A program made the translations under genes and the position numbers. Below the pieces are notes generated by a model. That model saw only the letters and a list, made by a program, of their open reading frames with translations. It made no database searches and was not told where the DNA came from. DNA of 64,000 nucleotides. Source: an uncultured Bacteroidota bacterium. GTDB lineage: Bacteria > Bacteroidota > Bacteroidia > Bacteroidales > GCA-2748055. The stretch spans positions 49,585 to 113,584 of the forward strand of contig CAVTME010000005.1 of NCBI GenBank assembly GCA_963735755.1. The letters run 5' to 3'. This document shows positions 9,129 to 17,677 of the stretch, piece after piece; positions within the stretch are counted from its first letter, which is position 1, and each line of letters begins with the position of its first letter.

Positions 9129-10572
9129 ATGAAAGCGAGGAGGATCTTCGGATTATTTGCAGTGGCAATGTTAGGTGCACTTGTTGCAGTAATCATTTAT
9201 GCAAGGTTGTTTCAAGCCGAACCGGCAGTGGTTGAAGTTCCGGTGGAAAGCAAGGTGAGATATGTGAATCTGCCCGGTGACTGAATCCGGATCGGCCCTT
9301 GATTTTACCCAGGCTGTGGCACAGTCCATCGATGCAGTGGTTCATGTGAAAACCAAGGTATTCAGGGAATACCGGTAAATCCGCTCTATGAATTCTTTTT
9401 TGGTGAACCCCAGAGTACAGAGCCGCCACCCATCCTGGGTTTTGGAAGCGGGGTGATTATTTCAAACGAGGGTTATATTGTAACCAATAACCATGTGATT
9501 GAAGGATCGGATGAGATCGTGGTGGTCCTCAATGACAAAAGAGAATTTGATGCCGAACTGATCGGAGCAGATCCCACCACCGATATTGCCCTGCTGAAAG
9601 TAGACCAGGAAGGACTCTGCCTCATTCAGTTTTGGTGATTCGGATGCCTTGCAGCTGGGCGAATGGGTACTGGCCATAGGAAATCCTTATAACCTGACCA
9701 GTACGGTAACTGCAGGGATTGTAAGTGCAAAGGCCACGAAATATTAATATTCTGAGGACCCAGGAATTCAGCATCGAATCATTTATTCAGACCGATGCAG
9801 CAGTGAATCCGGGAAACAGCGGGGGGGCACTGATCAATACCCGGGGAGAACTGGTGGGGATCAATACGGCCATTGCTTCCAGGACAGGTGCATTTACAGG
9901 TTATTCATTTGCAGTTCCTGTAAGCATTGTGGAGAAGGTGGTCAAAGACCTGATGGAATATGGTGCAGTGCAGCGGGCCATACTGGGTGTGACCATTCAG
10001 GATGTGACTGCAGAACTGGCCAGAGAACATGAGATTGATGAGATTGAAGGGGTTTATGTAAATGGTGTACGAGCTGACGGAGCGGCCAAAGAGGCAGGGA
10101 TAAAAGAGGGTGATGTGGTCCTTTCCATGAAGGAGTCAGGGTGAACAGTGGTGCAGAACTTGCAGGAGCAGGTTTCCAAATACAGACCGGGTGAGAAAGT
10201 GAAGGTGATGCTGAGAAGAGACGGTACAATGAAACAATTTGAGGTGGTTTTACGTAATCTGGAGGGCAACACGGAAATTGTGAAGCGGACAGATGTCCTG
10301 GAAGTTCTGGGAGCAAGTTTTGAACCTGTTATCAGACAAGGAGAAAGCGTTCATTGGGAATTCGAACGGATTGAAAGTAACGTCCGTGACCAGGAAAATT
10401 TACGAAAGTGGGTATAAAAGAAGGATTTGTACTCACTTCGGTAAACAAAAGGCCGGTGAACAGTGTTAAGGATATTGCAGAGATTCTGGAAGATACTGAA
10501 GGAGGAGTAATCATTGAAGGTGTGGACGAGACAGGATCCCGGTCTTATTATGCTTTTGGATATGTAAAATAA
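9129..10572 (+). pseudogene. htrA: Do/HtrA-family periplasmic serine protease with PDZ domains, about 8 frame changes
   Basis: MKARRIFGLFAVAMLGALVAVIIYA signal. Triad contexts TNNHV, DIALLKV and GNSGGALIN. The PDZ-like C-terminus ends GVIIEGVDETGSRSYYAFGYVK, stop at 10570-10572. Fragments are spread over all three plus frames (ORFs 9453.., 9725.., 10148.. plus unlisted pieces). Confidence 0.85.
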
Positions 10573-10598
10573 CCTTCATACCGATTCCGTTATTTTAC

Positions 10599-10630
10599 AA
10601 AGAAGACTCTGAAAGGTCTTCTTTATTATA
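10599..10630 (+). terminator. Terminator hairpin after htrA
   Basis: AAAGAAGAC-tctgaaag-GTCTTCTTT followed by ATTATATT; read directly. Confidence 0.65.
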
Positions 10631-10677
10631 TTATACAAATAACGCTTATTTAAATTGATTAAAGATAAATAAGCAGG

Positions 10678-10685
10678 TAAATTTG
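10678..10685 (+). promoter_or_regulatory. Candidate -7 box TAAATTTG (TAnnTTTG) upstream of rpoD
   Basis: Motif 42 nt upstream of the rpoD ATG; single motif match. Confidence 0.35.
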
Positions 10686-10726
10686 CAGGGATTTTTTAAT
10701 AGTAATTTGATATTGAGGAGAAGTAA

Positions 10727-11587
10727 ATGAGACAGTTAAAGATCACGAAATCCATTACCAACAGGGAAAGTGCTTCATTAGACAAGTATTTACAGGAGAT
10801 TGGTAAGGAAGAGTTGATCACTGTTGAGGAAGAGGTAGAATTGGCTCAACGGATCAAAAAGGGCGACCGAGCTGCCCTTGAGAAACTCACACGAGCAAAT
10901 CTGAGGTTTGTCGTTTCTGTGGCAAAACAGTACCAGAACCAGGGATTAAGCCTTCCCGACCTAATCAATGAAGGCAACCTGGGACTGATCAAAGCAGCAG
11001 AGAAATTTGACGAAACAAGGGGTTTTAAATTCATCTCCTACGCCGTTTGGTGGATCAGGCAATCGATCCTTCAGGCACTGGCAGAACAATCGAGGATCGT
11101 ACGCCTTCCATTGAACCAGGTTGGTTCACTAAACAAGATTAACAAGGCGTTTTCCAAGTTTGAGCAGGAGTATGAACGGACACCCACACCAGAGGAGCTT
11201 GCTGAGGCACTAGACCTTCCCAAGGAGAAAGTATCGGACACATTGCGTGTTTCGGGAAGGCATGTATCCGTTGATGCACCCTTTGTCGATGGTGAAGACA
11301 ACAGTCTGCTGGATGTGCTGGTGAATAATGATTCACCCAATGCAGACAACACACTTATTAATGAATCACTCTCCAGGGAAGTGGACCGTGCACTGGCCAC
11401 ACTCACCGAACGGGAAAGGGATATCATTAAGCTTTTCTTCGGAATAAGCACCCAGGAAATGACACTGGAAGAGATTGGCGAAAAATTCGGACTGACACGC
11501 GAACGCGTTCGTCAGATCAAGGAAAAGGCCATACGCAGGCTCCGCCACACTTCCAGGAGTAAATTACTTAAAACCTACCTGGGATAA
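10727..11587 (+). CDS. rpoD: Primary sigma-70 factor, Bacteroidota short type (286 aa)
   Basis: Regions 2-4 are recognisable: [58 protein letters not shown]... and [28 protein letters not shown]. Intact. Confidence 0.95.
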   Translation: MRQLKITKSITNRESASLDKYLQEIGKEELITVEEEVELAQRIKKGDRAALEKLTRANLRFVVSVAKQYQNQGLSLPDLINEGNLGLIKAAEKFDETRGFKFISYAVWWIRQSILQALAEQSRIVRLPLNQVGSLNKINKAFSKFEQEYERTPTPEELAEALDLPKEKVSDTLRVSGRHVSVDAPFVDGEDNSLLDVLVNNDSPNADNTLINESLSREVDRALATLTERERDIIKLFFGISTQEMTLEEIGEKFGLTRERVRQIKEKAIRRLRHTSRSKLLKTYLG

Positions 11588-11612
11588 GAAAACATAGTCT
11601 AAAATCGTAAAT

Positions 11613-11647
11613 AAAGGGGCGCTCTGAAAAAAGGGTGCCCCTTTTTT
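11613..11647 (+). terminator. Terminator hairpin after rpoD
   Basis: AAAGGGGC-(16-nt loop)-GCCCCTTTTTT read directly. Confidence 0.65.
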
Positions 11648-11662
11648 AGGTTAAAGGGGAAA

Positions 11663-13020
11663 GGTAAAAGTGTTTATTAATCTCATCTATCTCCAAATTT
11701 AATAATAAACTGATTTATAATGATCCCCCAGGACCGGATTGGCATTGTCCATTTCTGCTGGATGTTGTTAATCGCCAGATAGACAGCCTTCATAGCTGAC
11801 TGGTCATCTGGGAATACGGTCTTGGTTTTAGTGTATTTTCTGATGCTGCTATTCAGACTTTCGATGGCATTAGTGGTGTAAATGATTTTCCGGATTTCCA
11901 TCGGATAATCAAAGTAAGCCGTCAGCTCTTCCCAGTTGTCCTTCCACGATTTAATAGCATAGCCGTATTTTGAGCCCCATTTCTTTTCAAATTCCTGCAG
12001 AGCATCATAGGCCACTTCTTTATTAATGGCGCCATATACAAGCTTGAGATCAGCTACAAACTGCTTCCTTTCTTTCCAGACCACATATCGTGAGCTGTTA
12101 CGGATCTGGTGTACCACACAGAGTTGGGTCACTGCTTCAGGGAATACAGCATTAATAGCCTGGCGGATCCCGGCAAGGTTATCAGTACAAGCGATCAGTA
12201 TATCTCCAACTCCACGTGCCTTAAGATCTGTCAGAACGTTCATCCAGAACGAAGCGCTCTCAGTCTCAGAGATCCACATACCCAGGACTTCTTTCAGACC
12301 ATCTTTTCTGAGACCGATAATCAAATAGATGGTCTTACCCTGGACCTTGCCGTTATGTCGGATCTTGATTACAATACCATCCATCCAGACTACAAAATAG
12401 ACCTCCTCGAGAGGGCGATGTTGCCATTCCTTGATGTTCTCAACGATGGTATTGGTAATATTAGATACTGATCCTTCACTCAACTCTATTCCGTAGATTT
12501 CCTTGACTGTTGCTTCGATATCCCGTGTACTCATCCCTCGTGAGTAAAGGGTAATAATTGCCTGTTCGATGCGGGCTGACATGCGCTGATGCTTGGGAAC
12601 AATGATCGGATCAAAGCTCGATTCACGGTCACGGGGCACATCCAGGGGGATATCTCCAATGTTGGTCTTCAGAGTTTTCTTACTAAAGCCGTTCCGGCTA
12701 TTATCGCCGAGTTTATCCTTGTCTGATGCTTCTCATATCCAAGGTGCTCATCCAGCTCGGCTTTTAGCATACCTTCAACGGCTTGCTTGTAGAGATCAGA
12801 GAAAAAATCATCAAGCTCTGATTGGGATTTGATTTTCTGAAGAGCTTCTTCAGGGATCTGAAAATCGCCCTTCTTCTCTTTTTCTTTCATTTGCTGCGTG
12901 TTAAATGTAAAATTAAACGTTTTTCAATCCAGGCTAATCACTCTCTGAGTTTTTTTGACTCCAGAGCGCTTAGCCCTTAACGCAGCTACCTAACGTTTAC
13001 ACAAAATTCTTTACACTACC
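11663..13020 (-). mobile_element. IS256-family insertion sequence (boundaries approximate, left end uncertain 11663-11682)
   Basis: Contains the IS256-type transposase. The right end is placed where FG-GAP coding homology begins (13022) and where the terminal ...GTTTACACAAAATTCTTTACACTACC resembles, from memory, IS256-type terminal repeats (GGTAGTGTAAAGAATTTTGTGTAAAC on the other strand). The left end starting GGTAAAAGTG is a weak match. No target-site duplication seen. Confidence 0.7.
11683..12890 (-). pseudogene. IS256-family transposase, one frameshift near 12715
   Basis: MKEKEKKGDFQIPEEALQKIKSQSELDDFFSDLYKQAVEGMLKAELDEHLGYEKHQT, then in the next frame KDKLGDNSRNGFSKKTLKTNIGDIPLDVPRDRESSFDPIIVPKHQRM...MSTRDIEATVKEIYG... 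Typical IS256/mutator-type sequence. ORFs 12669..12890 and 11683..12639 are the two parts. Confidence 0.9.
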
Positions 13021-13021
13021 C

Positions 13022-14420
13022 ACTACCGATGGGGCAAGCGATGTATTAACCAGCGATCTGAATGGTGATGGGCTGCTTGAAATCATTGCAGTGTGTGATT
13101 ACGACAATAAGATAACCTGGTATAAAAACCTGGGCAATGGATCATTTGGATACGAAAATATAATAGCCATCGATGATGATGCCGCGTACTTTTCAGACCT
13201 GGACGGGGATCAAGATCCCGATCTGATTTCAGCTTCATGGATAGATGATAGAATTACCTGGTACAAGAATCTAGGGAATGACACTTTTGGAATACAGAAT
13301 GTCATTTCTTTGGAGGTCGATGGCCCCAGATCTGTTTATACTGACGACCTTGATGGAGATGGTGATCAGGATGTACTTTCTGCAAGTGATGATGATCATA
13401 AAATTGCATGGTATGAAAACCTGGGAAATGATTCCTTAGGAACCCAACAGGTTATCACTATTGATGCAAAGGGCGCAATGTCTGTTTATTCTGCAGATTT
13501 GGATAATGATGGCGATCAGGATGTAATGTCCGCGTCCAGGGAAGATGATAAAATTGCCTGGTATGAGAATTTGGGGAATGGATCATTTGAAATGCAAAAT
13601 ATCATATCCGATGGGGCAAGAGGAGCAAGAGAAGTGTATGCGGCAGACCTTAATGGGGATGGGTATTTGGATGTAATGTCTGCTTCAAATGATGATGATA
13701 AGATCGCGTGGTATGAAAATACGGGTAGTGGAGGTTTTACAAAGGAACAAATTGTATCTAAGAATGTGGAAGGCGCAAAATCGGTTTTTTCATCGGACCT
13801 TGATGGGGACTGGGGACCTGGATCTCTTGGCGGCTTCCTCCACAGATGATCAAATAATATGGTTTGAGAACAAACTGGCATTAAAAGCTTCCTTTGATTC
13901 AGATAAGATTGAGGGTAGGGCTCCTCTCAATGTTGGCTTCTACCTCGTCCACTATGGATATCCTACTAGCTGGTACTGGGATTTTGGAGATGGGAATTCG
14001 AGCAATGAACAGAATCCGGATTTTGTGTATACTTCACCTGGAACGTATTCTGTCTCATTAATTGTAGCAGATTCATCCGGAGCGGATACGCTGGTTAAAT
14101 CAGATTATATTTCCGTTTTGGAACCCTTGTCAGTGTCTGAGGCAGATAAGAGCAAAATAAAAGAAGATATGCTTAAAATTTTCCCGAATCCTGCTTCTTC
14201 TTCCCTTACTGTAGAATTTTTCATGGAAGAATCGGTTTTAATGGAGCTGGTAATTATTAATCTTCTCGGACAGATGGTGAAGAGAACACAAATGGGTTAT
14301 CAAACTCCCGGGGTTAATGAATTTAATATGGATATATCAGAGCTTCCGGAAGGCATGTATTTTATTTCAGTATTCTCAGAATCCTTCATATCCAGCCAAA
14401 AACTAATAATCTCTAGATAA
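13022..14420 (+). pseudogene. FG-GAP/VCBS-repeat protein with PKD-like domain and T9SS C-terminal sorting domain; 5' end removed at the IS junction, one frameshift near 13808
   Basis: About five 50-aa repeats D(D)KIAWYENLGNGSF...DLDGDGDQDVMSAS, then WYWDFGDGNSSNEQNPDFVYTSPGTYSVSLIV (PKD-like), then LKIFPNPASSSLTVEF...GMYFISV (T9SS CTD). No start codon or signal peptide; homology starts at the IS end. Confidence 0.8.
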
Positions 14421-14426
14421 ATAAAA

Positions 14427-14484
14427 GGTGCTAGAAGGTGAAAGGTGCTAGAAGGTGAAAGGGGAAAGGTGAAAGGTAAAAGTG
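14427..14484. repeat. Tandem repeat: 17-mer GGTGCTAGAAGGTGAAA x2, then heptads GGGGAAA GGTGAAA GGTAAAA GTG
   Basis: Read directly in the convergent intergenic space between the T9SS protein stop (14420) and the uvrB stop (14541). The string GGGGAAAGGTAAAAGTG recurs at 11656-11672. Confidence 0.9.
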
Positions 14485-14540
14485 ACATCTTATTCTTGTT
14501 CTGTTCTTCGGCTTACGCCTCAGTTCCTTTGGTGTTCCTT

Positions 14541-16565
14541 TCAACTTTCTCCTTTCTCCTTATCCAGGAGGGACTGGTAGGCGTACATTTCATCCCTGAA
14601 TTTGGCTGCTTCAATAAAATCCAGTTCGCGGGCGGCCTTCTCCATCTGTTTTTTGGCCTTGTCAATGGCTTTTTCGAGACCTTCTTTGCCCATGTACTGG
14701 ACCACCGGATCGGCGGCAATATCTGCTTTTGCCTGGTCCGCATAGATTCCACTTCGGTTGAGATCTTTCTTGTCCTGGTCGAAAAGAGAAACTGTTGTTT
14801 TGAAAATTTGCTTCGGAGTTATGGAGTGTTCTTCGTTATAGCTGAGTTGCTTTTTTCGCCGCCTGGTAGTTTCATCAATGGTTCGTTGCATGGAACCGGT
14901 CATGCGGTCTGCATACATGATTACCTTTCCGTTCAGGTTTCGGGCAGCCCTTCCGGAAGTCTGGGTCAGGGCCCTTTCCGAGCGCAGGAAACCCTCCTTA
15001 TCCGCATCCAGGATGGCCACAAGTGAAACTTCTGGAAGATCCAGCCCTTCCCTCAGGAGGTTGATGCCCACCAGTACATCAAATACACCTTTTCGCAGAC
15101 CTTCAAGAATCTCAACCCGCTCCAGTGTATCCACATCAGAATGGATATACCTTGTCTTTACATTCAGCTTGAGCAGGTAATTCGAAAGCTCCTCTGCCAT
15201 CCTCTTGGTCAGGGTAGTGACCAGTACTCTTTCCTTGCTTGCCACCCGTTTGTTAATCTCTCCGATGAGGTGATCGATCTGGTTCAGGCTTGGCAGGACC
15301 TCGATCACCGGATCTACCAGCCCGGTGGGCCTGATGACCTGCTCTACGATAACACCACCACACCGCCCCAGTTCATAGTCGGCAGGCGTGGCGCTTACAT
15401 AAAGCGTTTGTCCTACGATCTCCTCGAATTCATTAAATTTCAGAGGCCGGTTGTCCACGGCAGCCGGCAGTCTGAATCCATACTCCACCAGGTTTTTCTT
15501 CCTTGAGTAATCTCCTCCGTACATGGCATGGATCTGGGGAATGGTTACATGACTCTCATCAATCACCGTGATAAAATCGTCCGGGAAGTAGTCAAGCAGG
15601 CAAAATGGCCTGGTTCCGGGAGGTCTGCCGTCAAAATACCTGGAGTAGTTCTCAATTCCGGGGCAGAATCCCAGTTCCCTGATCATCTCCATATCATAGG
15701 TAACCCGTTCCTCAATGCGCTGGGCTTCAATTAGTTTTTGTTCTCCTTTGAAGAACTCGACCTGCTTCATCATGTCATCTGAGATCTCCACCAGGGCTGA
15801 CTTCATCCTCTTTTTAGAGGTGATGAAAATGTTAGCTGGAAAGATAACGATCTCTTCAAAGCTCTCGATGGTATGGCCTGCAACCGGGTGAATCGATTGA
15901 ACCGAATCGATCTCATCGCCCCAGAATTCAACCCTGTAGGCCTGGTCTGCATAGGCAAGATGAATATCCACTGTGTCTCCCCTGACCCTGAATGTACCTG
16001 GCTTAAAGTCCACTTCATTCCTGGCATAGAGTGCATCCACCAGCTTCCTGAGGAACACATTTCGGGTAATCATCTCACCCTTCTTTATCCGGATGGTGGA
16101 GCTGTGAAAATCTTCCGGATTTCCAATGCCGTACAGACAGGAAACCGAGGAGACAACGATCACATCCCGCCTGCCGGACAGGAGCGAGGAGGTAGCACTG
16201 AGCCTCAGTTTTTCAATTTCATCATTGATGGAGAGGTCTTTTTCAATGTAGGTGTCAGTTACCGGCAGATAAGCCTCGGGTTGGTAGTAGTCATAGTAGC
16301 TGACAAAGTATTCCACCGCGTTTTCCGGGAAGAATTGCTTGAACTCACTGTAGAGCTGCGCTGCCAGGGTTTTGTTGTGGCTGAGAACCAGTGTGGGTCT
16401 TCCCAACTCCCTGATCACATTGGCAACCGTGAAAGTTTTTCCCGAACCGGTTACTCCGAGCAGGGTCTGGAAGGGATCCCCTGCATTAAAACCTTCAATG
16501 AGCTGACGGATGGCCTCTGGCTGATCCCCGGTGGGACTGAATTCAGATGTTAGTTTAAATTCCAT
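14541..16565 (-). CDS. uvrB: Excinuclease ABC subunit B
   Basis: MEFKLTSEFSPTGDQPEAIRQLIEGFNAGDPFQTLLGVTGSGKTF..., helicase motifs, C-terminal UVR domain (AAKFRDEM). I place the start at the internal ATG 16565 because the ORF-track start (16676) would overlap the upstream gene. Confidence 0.95.
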   Translation of the reverse strand: MEFKLTSEFSPTGDQPEAIRQLIEGFNAGDPFQTLLGVTGSGKTFTVANVIRELGRPTLVLSHNKTLAAQLYSEFKQFFPENAVEYFVSYYDYYQPEAYLPVTDTYIEKDLSINDEIEKLRLSATSSLLSGRRDVIVVSSVSCLYGIGNPEDFHSSTIRIKKGEMITRNVFLRKLVDALYARNEVDFKPGTFRVRGDTVDIHLAYADQAYRVEFWGDEIDSVQSIHPVAGHTIESFEEIVIFPANIFITSKKRMKSALVEISDDMMKQVEFFKGEQKLIEAQRIEERVTYDMEMIRELGFCPGIENYSRYFDGRPPGTRPFCLLDYFPDDFITVIDESHVTIPQIHAMYGGDYSRKKNLVEYGFRLPAAVDNRPLKFNEFEEIVGQTLYVSATPADYELGRCGGVIVEQVIRPTGLVDPVIEVLPSLNQIDHLIGEINKRVASKERVLVTTLTKRMAEELSNYLLKLNVKTRYIHSDVDTLERVEILEGLRKGVFDVLVGINLLREGLDLPEVSLVAILDADKEGFLRSERALTQTSGRAARNLNGKVIMYADRMTGSMQRTIDETTRRRKKQLSYNEEHSITPKQIFKTTVSLFDQDKKDLNRSGIYADQAKADIAADPVVQYMGKEGLEKAIDKAKKQMEKAARELDFIEAAKFRDEMYAYQSLLDKEKGES

Positions 16566-16566
16566 C

Positions 16567-17595
16567 TCAATAAGTGAATACCACGTAAACAGGCAGGTGA
16601 TCACTGGGTCCTCCAAAATATTCGGGTCCGCCGTACGTGGCAGAGGGAAACTTATCTCCGTATTTCTCGCTTTCATAGAGCATCCACTCCTCTTTCAGGA
16701 TGAAGCCACCCTGGTAGGTTGTGGTGAGTCCCTTTTTCTGGTTGAGCAGGTTATAGGATACAATGATCTGATCCAGCATGTTCCATTGACCCTTGAAACT
16801 GTAGGTGCCTTTTCCGTGCAGGTTGTGTAGATCATAAAAAAGGTTGTAATGGTCTCCGAGATGGATATTTTTTCGCTTTCCCGAAGCGGAAAGACCGTTG
16901 GTGATGCTTCTGTTGGTCGGTTCGTCATTGAAGTCACCCATGATGATCACCTTGAAATCCGACTCCTTTGAAAGTAGCAAATCCAGTTGTTTTCTCAGGG
17001 TGATGGCGGCGAACATCCGCTGTTTTTCGGTCTCCCGGGTTCCACCGCTTCTGGATTTCCAGTGATTCATGAAGACATGGAGGGAAGTTCCATCGGGTCC
17101 ATTTCCCTTCACGTGAAGTATCTCCCGGTAGGGGGTTTCAGGATCAACAGGGTCTTCCACCGGAATGTATTCATGTGATTTGTACTTGAACAGGTCGGGG
17201 CGATACAGCATGGCACACTCAATTCCCCTGGGATCGGAGCCCTCCTCATGAATGATACCGTACTTTGACTTTCTGATACCCCTGTTATCTGCCAGGGCCT
17301 CGAGCACGCTTCTGTTCTCCACCTCGGCCAGACCGATGATGGCTGGCATCTCCTTTTCCGGGATGGAGAGGATCACCCTGCTTATGTCATCCAGTTTCTT
17401 ATCATACCGTTCATAAGTCCAGTTCTTTGTGCCTCCGGGAGTGAATTCTTCATCAGCGAACGATGGATTATTCACCGTGTCAAAAAGGTTTTCAACGTTA
17501 TAGGAAACCACCAGGAAAGTGTTCATATCTTTCTGGGCCAGCCCCGGAACAGACGACAGATACAGCAATAGAACGAACGGTAGTAATTTTTTCAT
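16567..17595 (-). CDS. Secreted endonuclease/exonuclease/phosphatase (EEP) family protein
   Basis: Signal peptide MKKLLPFVLLLYLSSVPGLAQ. Motifs SYNVENLFD, GLAEVEN, GDFNDEP, SDHLPVY are typical of the EEP fold. The stop (16567-16569) lies 1 nt from the uvrB ATG. Confidence 0.75.
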   Translation of the reverse strand: MKKLLPFVLLLYLSSVPGLAQKDMNTFLVVSYNVENLFDTVNNPSFADEEFTPGGTKNWTYERYDKKLDDISRVILSIPEKEMPAIIGLAEVENRSVLEALADNRGIRKSKYGIIHEEGSDPRGIECAMLYRPDLFKYKSHEYIPVEDPVDPETPYREILHVKGNGPDGTSLHVFMNHWKSRSGGTRETEKQRMFAAITLRKQLDLLLSKESDFKVIIMGDFNDEPTNRSITNGLSASGKRKNIHLGDHYNLFYDLHNLHGKGTYSFKGQWNMLDQIIVSYNLLNQKKGLTTTYQGGFILKEEWMLYESEKYGDKFPSATYGGPEYFGGPSDHLPVYVVFTY

Positions 17596-17677
17596 GTGTC
17601 CTGTATTTAGATCAAAGCAAAGATATCAAAACAAAAAAAATTGAAATCCTCGTCAAAAGGAATTAAATTTAGTTGAT

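Noticed and set aside
4438-10572. Stop-codon reassignment or selenocysteine recoding as an explanation for the fragmented housekeeping genes
   Set aside because: The interruptions are changes of reading frame: homology continues in a different frame. They are not in-frame TGA/TAG codons. The intact genes use all three stops normally.
12700-12730. Programmed ribosomal frameshift in the IS256 transposase
   Set aside because: IS256-family transposases are made from a single ORF. The break is a one-base loss in ACAA(A)GG with no slippery heptamer or downstream structure. The same kind of indel affects dozens of unrelated genes here.
13014-13027. Direct repeat CACTACC CACTACC at the right IS junction as a target-site duplication
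   Set aside because: Both copies are on the same side of the element, and the left flank has no matching sequence. IS256 duplications flank the element and are 8-9 bp.
14445-16553. Plus-strand ORFs 14445..15026, 14878..15180, 15141..15506 and 15873..16553 (up to 226 aa)
   Set aside because: All are antisense to intact uvrB. No recognisable motifs. They are explained by codon-bias shadowing.
16566-16676. N-terminal 37-codon extension of uvrB in the ORF track (start 16676)
   Set aside because: The extension overlaps the 3' end of the EEP gene. UvrB homologs begin at MEFKLTSEF..., and the internal ATG at 16565 gives the normal 675-aa length.
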